From: Acidimicrobiales bacterium
Lineage (GTDB): Bacteria; Actinomycetota; Acidimicrobiia; Acidimicrobiales; CATQHL01
Direction of reading: 5' to 3'
DNA: 64,000 nt
Assembly (NCBI GenBank): GCA_963668565.2
Contig: CAXXMX010000009.1
Coordinates: forward strand, 9,301 to 73,300
Under the pieces are notes generated by a model. That model was not told where the DNA came from, made no database searches, and saw only the letters and a list, made by a program, of their open reading frames with translations. This document shows, one piece after another, positions 1-8,946 of the stretch (positions are counted from its first letter, which is position 1; every line of letters starts with the position of its first letter). A program made the translations under genes and the position numbers.

Positions 1-1136
1 ACCAGGTTGCCGGTCACGGTGTGCAACTCGAGCGAGCCCGAGGGGCCGTCGTAGTCGATGTCCTCGCCGCGCTCGAGCGCGGCGACGCCGTCGGCGTACG
101 TGTACACCTTGGTGCCCGGCGCGTTGAGGACGTTGTAGACCTGTGCAGCGACAGCGGGACCGTCGGTGGTTCCGGCGGCGGTCATCGCCAGCGCCAGACC
201 GATGTACTGGTCGAACTGGTTGGTCTCGTAGAAGCCGGTGGGTGGCGCCTTGCCCGCGAACTTCTGGTGCGCGGCGGCGAAGGCAGCGTATGCGGGGGAG
301 TCGAAGTCGTCGGTGACCTGGGCGGCCAGAATCCGGCCGGTGGGCAGGCTGGCCACGAGCTCGGCGATGTCGGGCACCTGCAGGTCGGGTGAGACCAGGA
401 TCGGGGTCTCGTAGCCCCTGGACATGTACTCCCTGAGGATGGGGATCCCAGCCTGGGGGCCGGCGCCGATGTAGACGGCATCGGGGTTGCCCGAGAAGGC
501 CTTCTCGACCTGGGCCTGGTAGCTGTCGAGGCCGGGATTGAAGCGCACGTCTTCGCCGACCTCACGGCCGATCTTGTTCGTCCACACGTCCTTGAAGGCT
601 TCGGCCGGGCTCTCGGTGCCCTCAGTCTGCTGCACCAGCATGTTCACCCGCGTGTAGCCCGCGTCGCGGGCAAGCTGCGCGGAGATGGTGCCGTACGTGG
701 TGTCCGAAGCGGTGATGCGCCAGATGTAGTTGCCGCCCTTGGTGTCCAGCACGGTCGTGCCGCAGGCCGGGCACATGGTCGGCATCTCGTCCTCGGCCAC
801 GGTGTCCAGCAGGGCCACGGCCCCGTCGGACTCGACGCCGCCGAGCGCGTCAATCTCCTCGCGGATCCGGTTGTATCCCGTGACGGCGCCCTCTGCCGTG
901 GACAGGTTGTCCTGCACCACGAGTTCGGCATCGCGGCCCAAAATGCCGCCGTTCTCGTTGATGACACCGATGGCTGCCTCCGCGCCGTCCTGGCTGGGTG
1001 GACCCCATTCGGAGTAGTCCCCGGATAGGCCGGCCAGGAAGCCGAGCTTGACCGGGCCCTCGTCGTCGTCACCGCAGCTGAGGACGACACCGCCCAGCAC
1101 CACGATCGCGATCAATGGCAGGAAAATGCGTCGCAC
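1..1136 (-). CDS. ABC transporter substrate-binding lipoprotein, type-1 periplasmic-binding fold (Leu/Ile/Val/amide-binding family); 3' end runs off the left edge
   Basis: Absent from the ORF track because it is open at the window edge. My translation of the minus strand from GTG (complement of 1134-1136, preceded by GAGAGGGGA) gives VRRIFLPLIAIVVLGGVVLSCGDDDEGPVKLGFLAGLSGDYSEWGPPSQDGAEAAIGVINENGGILGRDAELVVQDN. That is a signal peptide, a lipobox Cys and the conserved N-terminal pattern of LivK-like binding proteins. The frame stays open to position 1. Confidence 0.6.
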   Translation of the reverse strand, partial: MRRIFLPLIAIVVLGGVVLSCGDDDEGPVKLGFLAGLSGDYSEWGPPSQDGAEAAIGVINENGGILGRDAELVVQDNLSTAEGAVTGYNRIREEIDALGGVESDGAVALLDTVAEDEMPTMCPACGTTVLDTKGGNYIWRITASDTTYGTISAQLARDAGYTRVNMLVQQTEGTESPAEAFKDVWTNKIGREVGEDVRFNPGLDSYQAQVEKAFSGNPDAVYIGAGPQAGIPILREYMSRGYETPILVSPDLQVPDIAELVASLPTGRILAAQVTDDFDSPAYAAFAAAHQKFAGKAPPTGFYETNQFDQYIGLALAMTAAGTTDGPAVAAQVYNVLNAPGTKVYTYADGVAALERGEDIDYDGPSGSLELHTVTGNL

Positions 1137-1268
1137 TGTTTCCCCTCTCACTTTCTTGTCAACTCGATCAGTAAAGGACCGAGCTTCAATCACGTTGAAA
1201 ACACAGTATCAGGGCTGCCGCGCCATTGTGCAATTGCATGCCCACCATTTTGGCGGCCCGTGCGAGCT

Positions 1269-2810
1269 TCACACCGCCGCGGGCGCGCCGGCCGGCCGGC
1301 CGGCCATCGCGAGAGCCAACTCGTCCATGTCGAGGTCCCGTACGGAGCCTTCGAGCACGATGCGACCTCGGAACAGCACGATAAGGCGATCACTCAGCTT
1401 CAGGAGTTCCTCGAGATCCATCGAGAGCAGCAGGACGGCCGCCCCGCTGTGCTTGACGTCGAGCAGCCGGCGATGCACGTACTCGATGGCGCCGACGTCG
1501 AGCCCCCAAGTGGGGTTGTCCGCCACGAGCACCTTCGGCTCCCGTGACAACTCCCGGGCCAGGACCACCTTCTGCTGGTTGCCGCCGGACAGGTTCACGG
1601 CCAGCAGGTCCGGATCGGGCGGGCGCACGTCGTACTCCTCGAGCAACTCGCGCGCGCGGCGCCGGACGCTGCGCCAGTCCAGGAGGCCGTGCTTGTTGTA
1701 CGCCCCGGCGGGGATGTCCGACATCGCCAGGTTCTCTGCCAGGGTCATGTCGAGGATGAGGCCCCACGTGTGGCGATCTTCGGGGATGACCGCCAGTCCG
1801 GCCGTGCGAAGGGCGCTCGTGCCGGCGCCGGAGACATCCTGCCCGGCGATGTGGACCGAGCCGGACTCCGCGTTGTCGAGCCCGCAGACGCAGTTGACGA
1901 GGGTGCGCTGCCCGTTGCCCTCCACACCGGCCACACCGAGTATCTCGCCGGGGCGCACCATGAAGGACAGGCTGTCGAGGTGATCCGCCCCCTCGCCGGG
2001 AGCCGTGAGTTCGCGCACCTCCAGAAGAGGGACATCGTCGGTCCAGGGCGCGTGGTCGCTCTCGACCGCCACGATCTCGTGGCCGGTCATTGCCCGGGTG
2101 AGGCTCCGCTCGTCGAAGTCGCCTCGCTCGGTGGTCGTGACCCTGCGGCCTCCGCGGAGCACGGTGACCCGGTCGGCCACCTCCATGACCTCGCCCAGCT
2201 TGTGCGTGACCAGCACGATGGAGCAGCCCCCCTTGCGCAGGTCGCGGAGGATGGCCAGCAGATTCTCGATCTGCCGTGGGCCCAACAGAGAGGTGGGCTC
2301 GTCGAGGATCAGGATGGTGGCGCCCCGGTAGAGCACCTTCAGGATCTCGACCCGCTGCTGCAGGTCGACCGGGAGATCCTGCACAGCGAGGTGGGGGTCG
2401 AGCGGCATGCCGAATCGCTCGGCCAACTCCGTCGTCTCGGCCCCGATGGCGCCGCGCTTGAACCGGAGGTCTGTCGCCGGGCGCGATCCCAGGACGATGT
2501 TCTCCGCCACGCTGAAGGTGGGGACCAGCGAGAAATGCTGGTGCACCATCCCGATCCCCAACTCCAGGGCATCGTGCGGCGAGTGGATCTCAGCAGCCTC
2601 GCCCCGCACGTGGATCGTCCCGGTGTCCGGCAGGACGTGGCCGAACATGATGTTCATCAGCGTCGTCTTGCCGGCGCCGTTCTCTCCGAGCAGCACATGG
2701 ATCTCGCCGGCGCGCAGGTCGAAATCGATGTCGCGGTTCGCCTGCGTCTCGCCGTAGCTCTTGGAGATGCCGTGGAGTTCGACGATGGTGCCGTTGGTTG
2801 GCGCGGTCAC
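1269..2810 (-). CDS. ABC transporter ATP-binding protein with two fused ATPase domains (sugar/nucleoside RbsA-type, partner of BMP-family importers)
   Basis: 513-aa ORF. Walker A GENGAGKTTL in domain 1, signature LSGGNQQK in domain 2, and Walker B ILILDEP / VLVADNP. Confidence 0.9.
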   Translation of the reverse strand: MTAPTNGTIVELHGISKSYGETQANRDIDFDLRAGEIHVLLGENGAGKTTLMNIMFGHVLPDTGTIHVRGEAAEIHSPHDALELGIGMVHQHFSLVPTFSVAENIVLGSRPATDLRFKRGAIGAETTELAERFGMPLDPHLAVQDLPVDLQQRVEILKVLYRGATILILDEPTSLLGPRQIENLLAILRDLRKGGCSIVLVTHKLGEVMEVADRVTVLRGGRRVTTTERGDFDERSLTRAMTGHEIVAVESDHAPWTDDVPLLEVRELTAPGEGADHLDSLSFMVRPGEILGVAGVEGNGQRTLVNCVCGLDNAESGSVHIAGQDVSGAGTSALRTAGLAVIPEDRHTWGLILDMTLAENLAMSDIPAGAYNKHGLLDWRSVRRRARELLEEYDVRPPDPDLLAVNLSGGNQQKVVLARELSREPKVLVADNPTWGLDVGAIEYVHRRLLDVKHSGAAVLLLSMDLEELLKLSDRLIVLFRGRIVLEGSVRDLDMDELALAMAGRPAGAPAAV

Positions 2811-2844
2811 GGCGGAGTGCTCCTCTTTCGGCTTCGCAGGGTGG

Positions 2845-5064
2845 TCAGCGGCCGTTGCCGCCGGTGGACATGGCGCGCCAGATCTTCTCCGGTGTCAGCG
2901 GCATATCCAGGTGGCGGACCCCGAAGGGCGCGAGGGCGTCGATGACCGCGCTCTGCACGGCGGGCGTGGCGCCGACGGTGCCCGCCTCACCGATGCCCTT
3001 GGCGCCGAGCGGGTTGAGCGGCGTGGGCGTCGTGTTGCGGTGGGTTTCGAAGTCGCAGAATTCCGCGGCCGAGGGGATGAGATAGTCCCCGAAGTTGGTG
3101 GTTCGCGGGCCTGCGCCGGCGTCGTAGACCATCTCCTCCCAAAGCGCCTGGGCCACACCCTGCGCGATACCGCCGTGTTGCTGACCCTCGGCCAGCAACG
3201 GATTGATGACATTGCCGCAGTCGTCCACGCAGAGGTGGCGCAGCATGCGCACGCCTCCGGTCTCGGTGTCCACCTCGACGACGGACACGTGGGTGCCGAA
3301 CGGGAACGTGCGTGCGCCCTGGTCGAAGTCGCATTCCGCGGCGAGTGGCTCGGGGGCCAGTTCGGCCAGCCGGGACCACGAGAGCACGGTGTCGGGCGAG
3401 CCCGCGACGCCCAGCCCCTCGCCGCGATAGGTGGCGATGTCGTCGACGTTGGCCTCGAGGTGCTCGGCGGCGATCTGGCGGGCCTGCTCCACGACGGCGG
3501 CCGCGGCCCGATCGATGGCGGAGCCGCCCAGTTGCAGCGAGCGCGAGCCGTACGTGCCGTTGCCACGGGGCACCAAGTCGGTGTCGGACTGGATGACGGT
3601 GATGTCAGCCATCGGAATGCCGAGCTGTTCGGAGGCGATCTGGGCGTAGGTCGTCTGGTGGCCCTGACCGTGGGACGAGACACCCGACAGCACGGTGACC
3701 GTGCCGTCGTCGTGGATCTGGACCGAGCCGTAGTCGCTGCTGGGTCCGTTGCCGGTCACCTCGATGTAGTTGGCGACGCCGATACCGATCTGGTGGCGGT
3801 CTCCCCGCCGGCGCCGCTCGGACTGCGCGAGCCGGAGGTCGTCGTAGTCGACGAGTTTGACGGCCCGCTCCATTGCCCCCAGGTAATCGCCGGCGTCGTA
3901 GACGGCTCCCGTGGGGGTCTCGACCGGTTCGCTGTGGGTCTCGATCAAGTTCCGGCGGCGGACCTCGACCGCATCGAGTCCGATCTCGGCCGCCAAGAGG
4001 TCCATAGCCCGCTCGACGAGCGCGGCCGCCTCGGGCCGGCCCGCGCCGCGCAGTGCCCCGGTCGGTGCTGTGTTGGTGATCACGCTGCGCGCACGGAAGT
4101 CGATCCGGGGGATCCGGTAGGTGCCCGACGCCATCATCTTCGTATAGAAGATAAGCCAGGCGCCGATGTCGGGGTAGGCGCCGGCGTCGGCGGTGACGCG
4201 GACCTTCATGCCCACAACGGTGCCGTCGGCACGCGCCCCTATCTCGACGTCCTGGACCTGGCCGCGGGCGTGGCCCATGTGGAGCATGTTCTCGGTGCGC
4301 GATTCGATCCACCGCAGCGGGTAGCCGAGCCGCACAGCCAGAGCGGCGGTCACGACCTGCTCCACGTACGCATGACCCTTGGCTCCGAATCCTCCTCCGG
4401 TCGCGGGCACCACGACGTGGACCTGCTCGATGTCGAGTCCCAGGCAGGAGGCGATCGTCCGCTGGACCGAGAACGGGCACTGGGTGGGTACCCAGAGCCG
4501 CAGGCGCCCCTGGCCGTTCGGGCCGTCGACGTTCGGGATGGCCAGGATTCCATTGGTCTCCATGGGCGCCGGCGCGATCTTCTGATTCACGTACCTGAAC
4601 GACACGACCACGTCGGCGCCGTCGAGCGCTCCCGGGTCATCGATCGGATCGACTTCGAACACGACCTCGGTGGCCGCCATCGGATCGGAGTTGGCCGGGA
4701 GCTCCTCGATCTCGACCACCACGTCCTCGGCTCGGTCACGCGCCTCGGTGAGAGTGTCGGCCACGACTGCCGCGATGGGATCGCCCACGTAGCCCACCGT
4801 CCCGCGAGCCAGGGTGGGACGCCCGAAGTGAGCGGGCGCCGGCGCGCCGGCGAGCATGTCGGGAAGGTCCAGGTCCTCCGCGGTGTAGACGCCCTCGCCG
4901 CCGGAGATGTCGATGATCCGGCCGTGCGGCACGTCGGAGCGCACGAACACCACGCTGCGGGCGTCGACGTCGAGGTCGTCCACGTAGGGCCGTCCACCGA
5001 CCAGCAACGCCGCGTCCTCGCGGCGCAGCACGCTGTGGCCCAGGATTGATCCGGTCTGTCCCAT
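2845..5064 (-). CDS. xanthine dehydrogenase / aldehyde oxidase / CO-dehydrogenase family molybdopterin-binding large subunit
   Basis: 739 aa. N-terminal GHSVLRREDAALLVG, then GGGFG, and C-terminal NPLGAKGIGEAGTVGATPAV, as in CoxL/XdhB-like subunits. No adjacent small or medium subunit on this strand. Confidence 0.85.
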   Translation of the reverse strand: MGQTGSILGHSVLRREDAALLVGGRPYVDDLDVDARSVVFVRSDVPHGRIIDISGGEGVYTAEDLDLPDMLAGAPAPAHFGRPTLARGTVGYVGDPIAAVVADTLTEARDRAEDVVVEIEELPANSDPMAATEVVFEVDPIDDPGALDGADVVVSFRYVNQKIAPAPMETNGILAIPNVDGPNGQGRLRLWVPTQCPFSVQRTIASCLGLDIEQVHVVVPATGGGFGAKGHAYVEQVVTAALAVRLGYPLRWIESRTENMLHMGHARGQVQDVEIGARADGTVVGMKVRVTADAGAYPDIGAWLIFYTKMMASGTYRIPRIDFRARSVITNTAPTGALRGAGRPEAAALVERAMDLLAAEIGLDAVEVRRRNLIETHSEPVETPTGAVYDAGDYLGAMERAVKLVDYDDLRLAQSERRRRGDRHQIGIGVANYIEVTGNGPSSDYGSVQIHDDGTVTVLSGVSSHGQGHQTTYAQIASEQLGIPMADITVIQSDTDLVPRGNGTYGSRSLQLGGSAIDRAAAAVVEQARQIAAEHLEANVDDIATYRGEGLGVAGSPDTVLSWSRLAELAPEPLAAECDFDQGARTFPFGTHVSVVEVDTETGGVRMLRHLCVDDCGNVINPLLAEGQQHGGIAQGVAQALWEEMVYDAGAGPRTTNFGDYLIPSAAEFCDFETHRNTTPTPLNPLGAKGIGEAGTVGATPAVQSAVIDALAPFGVRHLDMPLTPEKIWRAMSTGGNGR

Positions 5065-5095
5065 CGGGCTGCCTGACGGTAGAGCGGCGCCGCCG

Positions 5096-6499
5096 TCAGG
5101 CCGACGGCGCGTAACCGGTGAGATCGAGGATGACGTGGGCGCCGGGTACCTGCAGCGGTCCGCCGATGCGCATCGTCGTGGAAGCCGGTTTCCCGTCCGG
5201 GAAGTGCCGTGCCCACTCGTTGATGGAGATCTGGAAGTCCGCGAAGTCGGAGTGGTAACACTGCCGCTTGCAGATGTTCTCCAGCGAGGTGCCGGCCGCC
5301 TCGCAGATGGCCGAGATGTTCTTGAGCAGGTATTCCATCTCCATCTGAGCAGGCAGGCCGTAGTGGGGGAAGCCGGGGTTGCGCTGCACCTCGGCCGGCA
5401 GGCTGCCCCGCTCGTCGGTGGGGATCATCGTGCTGAAGAACAGGTAGTCGCCTGCCTTTACCGCCTGCGGCTCGTGCCAGGGAGGCTGCACGGCGTCGGA
5501 CGTCTCGATGGTCTCCTTGGAGATCGAGGCGTCATCGGCGAGCAGCTTCATGGCGATCTCGATGCGCGAGCCCATGCCGCCGAGCCCCATGTAGGGCACG
5601 ACCACGCGCGCCGGCGGGTTCTCGGGGAACCACCGGCGCCACTCCCTGTCCATGCCGGCGAAGTCGTTGGGGCTGGACAGGTAGACCGTGGCCTTCACGC
5701 AGTTTTGCAGGGACGAGGCGCCGGCCGCTGCGGCGATCTTCTCGAGTTTCGCCAGCGTGTAGTCGGTCTGGCGCTCGATCGGCGAGTCGTACCAGAGGTA
5801 CGGGTTCACCCGTGCCTCCGGCGCCAGACCGCTGAGCTCGCCCATGTGGCGCTCGGACATCCAGTCGCCCATCCAGTCCACGGGGATCTCGCCCGCCAGG
5901 AAGATCCAGTCACCGCGCCGGATGGCCGGCGAGTAGCCCGCCAGCGGGGAGGGCACACCCTCGGGCGTCTCGTAGCCCGCGCTGGGGCCGCCCGGGATGG
6001 CCAGCAGGTCGACCTCGATGAGCGAGTCGGCCACGAGTAGCTCCTTGATACCCATGCCCGTGGAGGCGGGGCGGGGAGGCTTGATGTAGAGGTCGCGTGT
6101 GCGCAGGTACGGCGAGATGGTGATGCGCGGCCAGGTGTTGCCGGCGGCGAACTCCTCCATCGTGGGGTACTCCGAGGTGAACCATTGGTAGATGCGCACC
6201 ACGTCGGTGGCGATGTCGCAGCCGGCCGCCGCCAGAGTTGTCGTGAGGTTGTCCAGGATGATCTTGGACTGCAACTCCAGGTGGTTGTCGAGGTAGGGGT
6301 TGCGCCCGTCGCCGCCGCCCTCGGCGGTGATGCCGGTCTCGAAGTCGGTGGCGAGTTGGCCCGAGAAGAACACCCAGTCACCGGCCTTCACGGCCGGGGT
6401 ATAGGGCATGAGCGGCGCGGGCTCGCCGCCCCAGATGTGTTGGATATCGCTGGACATGACTACCTCCGGTTTAAGTGGACGGCGCGGATTGGACGGCAA
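5096..6499 (-). CDS. RidA/YjgF/L-PSP family protein with three tandem RidA-like domains in one chain
   Basis: 467 aa. The RidA N-terminal strand motif occurs three times at roughly 150-aa spacing: VKAGDWVFFSGQLATD, AIRRGDWIFLAGEIPVD, VKAGDYLFFSTMIPTD. Confidence 0.7.
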   Translation of the reverse strand: MPSNPRRPLKPEVVMSSDIQHIWGGEPAPLMPYTPAVKAGDWVFFSGQLATDFETGITAEGGGDGRNPYLDNHLELQSKIILDNLTTTLAAAGCDIATDVVRIYQWFTSEYPTMEEFAAGNTWPRITISPYLRTRDLYIKPPRPASTGMGIKELLVADSLIEVDLLAIPGGPSAGYETPEGVPSPLAGYSPAIRRGDWIFLAGEIPVDWMGDWMSERHMGELSGLAPEARVNPYLWYDSPIERQTDYTLAKLEKIAAAAGASSLQNCVKATVYLSSPNDFAGMDREWRRWFPENPPARVVVPYMGLGGMGSRIEIAMKLLADDASISKETIETSDAVQPPWHEPQAVKAGDYLFFSTMIPTDERGSLPAEVQRNPGFPHYGLPAQMEMEYLLKNISAICEAAGTSLENICKRQCYHSDFADFQISINEWARHFPDGKPASTTMRIGGPLQVPGAHVILDLTGYAPSA

Positions 6500-6549
6500 G
6501 GCGGTGGATCTCGACCGGGCGCCGCAGCGGCGCCCGGTCGGGGTGAGCT

Positions 6550-7371
6550 TTAGGCGGCTTCCTGACTCTCGGCTTCGGTGTCCTTCAGCAGGCCGCAGCT
6601 CTCGGTGATGTCGGTGATGCCCACGAACTGCTCGGGCACGTCAACGCTCTTGCGGGCATACCACTCGCGTACCAGCGCGGGTGCATCGACCACGAGGCCG
6701 AGGTGCAGGGAGATGACCTGCAGGGCGGCGTGCTCGACCTCCTCGGTGTAGCCGGCCACGATGTCGCGCGGCACGATCACCCGGAAGTCCCGGTTGGCCG
6801 CGTCGAACGCCGAGGACAGAACGCAGGCGTCGGTGTAGGTGCCCGTGAGCACCAGGTTCTGCACGTTGAGTTGACGCAGCAGGAACTCCAGGTCGGTGGG
6901 GTAGAAGGCCGACAGGCGCTTCTTGGTGCGCACGTACAGGTCCCCCTCTTCCTCCTCCACCAGGATGTCCAACCACTTGGTGCCCTCCCAGGAGTGCTGG
7001 TCCATGGCGGGGTTGGGGGGCAGGTACAACTCGTAGAGAGCCCGCCAGTTCGCCATGCGGTTCGCTTGCCGCGAGTGCAGGTCGTCGATCCCGCCGTAGC
7101 GCTGCCAGTGTTGGACGTGAATGATGGGGATGCCAATGGCGCGGCAGGCGGCGTGGAACATGTTGTGCGCCGGGATGCGCCAGCGGGCGCGCGGCGCCGG
7201 GCAGGTCAGTTCCTCGTCCGGTCCGATGTGCCCGCGGTGCATGTCGATGCACGCCACGGCCGTGCGGTCCGGGTCCAGCCACATGTCGAACACCTCCGCT
7301 GAGTTGCTGGTGCCCGAGGGCAGGACGCGACGGTCCTTGTCTTCCAGATAGCAGTACATCTCGGTGCGCAC
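6550..7371 (-). CDS. isochorismatase-family cysteine hydrolase (nicotinamidase / RutB / maleamate-amidase type)
   Basis: 273 aa. VACIDMHRGH near the N-terminus and NLVLTGTYTDACVLSSAFDAANRDFRVIVPRD, the catalytic Cys region of the isochorismatase fold. Confidence 0.75.
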   Translation of the reverse strand: MRTEMYCYLEDKDRRVLPSGTSNSAEVFDMWLDPDRTAVACIDMHRGHIGPDEELTCPAPRARWRIPAHNMFHAACRAIGIPIIHVQHWQRYGGIDDLHSRQANRMANWRALYELYLPPNPAMDQHSWEGTKWLDILVEEEEGDLYVRTKKRLSAFYPTDLEFLLRQLNVQNLVLTGTYTDACVLSSAFDAANRDFRVIVPRDIVAGYTEEVEHAALQVISLHLGLVVDAPALVREWYARKSVDVPEQFVGITDITESCGLLKDTEAESQEAA

Positions 7372-7450
7372 GGTTGGTCTCCTTGGTGCAGTCGTGTCGT
7401 GAGTGGGTGGTCGGTCTGCCGGGGCCGGTACGCCCAGGGCGCCCGGCTAC

Positions 7451-7503
7451 CCGAACGCCGGGGAGCACGGAAGCAGTGCGCTCCCGTGCTCCCCGGCGTT
7501 CGG
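7451..7503 (-). terminator. strong stem-loop downstream of the BMP binding-protein gene (factor-independent terminator candidate without a U-tract)
   Basis: Perfect 20-bp inverted repeat ccgaacgccggggagcacgg (7451-7470) / ccgtgctccccggcgttcgg (7484-7503) with a 13-nt loop. It lies 37 nt past the stop at 7540 on the minus strand. Confidence 0.5.
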
Positions 7504-7539
7504 TGTCAGGTTGTGCGGTTCGGTGAGCTGAGGGCGGCC

Positions 7540-8841
7540 TCAGCAGCCGATGCTGGCCAGGTCGATCTTGCCGCCGAGGCCTTCTTCGAGGCCGATGGGG
7601 TTGTCGCCCTCGGTCTCGTCGGGGATCTGGATCGCTCCGCTGCGGACCCGCTCCTCGAAGTCCTCGAAGATCGCCCGGTTCTCAGCGGACAGAGCGGCAG
7701 CTCCGGGGCCTTGCAGCGGAGCCGCGGAGATGCCAGGTGTGTTGTAGGCGGTGAAGTCGTGGAACGAGCCGGGTTCGATCTCGCCGCGGGCGCCGCGGCC
7801 GACCATCTCGCGTGCCACGTCGGTGAGCCCGTGGATGGCCGAGGTCAGCACCACGTCGGGGTTGATCTCGTAGCTGTCGTAGTAGGCCGGGATGACCCAC
7901 ACCTGGCTGCCAGCGTCGTCCGCCGCTTCGATGATGCCCAGCACGGCCTGGTCGGTGGCGGACTGGATGACGTCCACACCGTCGGCGATGAGGGCCTGTG
8001 CCGCCGTCTTGGCGATGCCCGTGTCGTCCCAGGTCATGATGTATTGCTGGCTGAACTCGATGTCGGGATTCACGCAGCGTGCGCCGAGGTGGAAACTCTC
8101 GGGCTGGCGGGTGAGCGCCGGGAACGGGAAGCCGCCCAGGGCGCCGATGTGGCCGGTCTCGGTGACGAGGGCCGCCAGTACGCCGGTGAAGAAGTTGGCG
8201 TGGTGCTGGGCCATGTCGATGAAGCAGAGGTTCGGTGGACTGGCATCCAGCAGGTCCTGTGTGGGCTGCACGGGTGCGACACACACCTGGACGTCGGGGT
8301 TGGCCTCGGCCACCTGTGCTGCCGGATCGCTCATGGCGCCGTGGGCCATGATGATCAGGTCGAAGCCCTCGTTGGCGTAGCTCAGGCCGTTCTGCAGGTA
8401 GTCGTCGACCTCGTAGGCGTACTCGACGGCTTCGACTTGCACGTTCGGCCAGTTGTCCATGGCCTGGATGGCACCGTCCCACCAGGCGTTCGCCCAGCTC
8501 TGGTCGTCGGAGAAGCCGGGGTACAGGATGACGGCCCTGTACGGCTCAGCGTCGGCGGCCGGCTCCGGAGGCGGCGGCGGTTCGGGCGCCGGATCGGGAG
8601 GCGGCGGCGGTTCGGGCGCCGGATCGGCCGATGGTGCCGGTTCGGGCGCCGGATCGGGTGATGCGGCGGGTGCTGCCGGCTCCGGTGAGGGAGCCGGTGG
8701 TGGTGCTGTCGAGGTGTCGTCGTCGTCACCGCCGCATGCGGCGGCGATCAGTACGACGCTCAGGAGCAGGCCGAACAGCCTGCCTGTGGTGCGACGGTTC
8801 ATCTGTTTCTCCTTGGTTGGGTTTGTGTTGGTCGAGCCCAC
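7540..8841 (-). CDS. BMP-family (PnrA/Med-like) ABC transporter substrate-binding lipoprotein with a Pro/Ala-rich linker
   Basis: 433 aa. Signal peptide plus lipobox LIAAACGG, a low-complexity PAPEPPPPPDPAPEPPPPPEP linker, then a BMP-type body (GFDLIIMAHG, HIGALGGFPFP, DVIQSATD). Confidence 0.8.
   Translation of the reverse strand: MGSTNTNPTKEKQMNRRTTGRLFGLLLSVVLIAAACGGDDDDTSTAPPPAPSPEPAAPAASPDPAPEPAPSADPAPEPPPPPDPAPEPPPPPEPAADAEPYRAVILYPGFSDDQSWANAWWDGAIQAMDNWPNVQVEAVEYAYEVDDYLQNGLSYANEGFDLIIMAHGAMSDPAAQVAEANPDVQVCVAPVQPTQDLLDASPPNLCFIDMAQHHANFFTGVLAALVTETGHIGALGGFPFPALTRQPESFHLGARCVNPDIEFSQQYIMTWDDTGIAKTAAQALIADGVDVIQSATDQAVLGIIEAADDAGSQVWVIPAYYDSYEINPDVVLTSAIHGLTDVAREMVGRGARGEIEPGSFHDFTAYNTPGISAAPLQGPGAAALSAENRAIFEDFEERVRSGAIQIPDETEGDNPIGLEEGLGGKIDLASIGC
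8567..8656 (-). repeat. three tandem 30-bp coding repeats (two perfect, one diverged) encoding the Pro-rich linker of the BMP lipoprotein
   Basis: ggaggcggcggcggttcgggcgccggatcg occurs at 8567-8596 and again at 8597-8626. A diverged copy follows at 8627-8656. Confidence 0.8.
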
Positions 8842-8946
8842 GAGCCGCGCGCTCGGGCCGGACTCTCAGCGGACGCCCGCGGCCGCGCAGAGTATTTGCG
8901 CATCGTACTTCGACGCCACAGCTCTGCTCGATGACGGGACCACGAC

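Noticed and set aside
1229-1238. Perfect 10-bp palindrome tgcaattgca upstream of the LivK-like gene as an operator
   Set aside because: It is a single short palindrome in an AT-richer promoter region. It is too short to separate from chance without a genome-wide motif count.
2761-5049. 762-aa plus-strand ORF, with similar long antisense or alternate-frame ORFs at 1689..2945, 13592..15295, 15205..16554, 17625..20120, 21830..23635, 51553..52878, 58635..59981 and 62138..63505
   Set aside because: Their products are Arg/Gly/Pro/Ala-rich with no motifs, and each lies opposite or out of frame with a gene that has clear family signatures. These are the stop-codon-poor shadow frames expected in 65-70% GC DNA.
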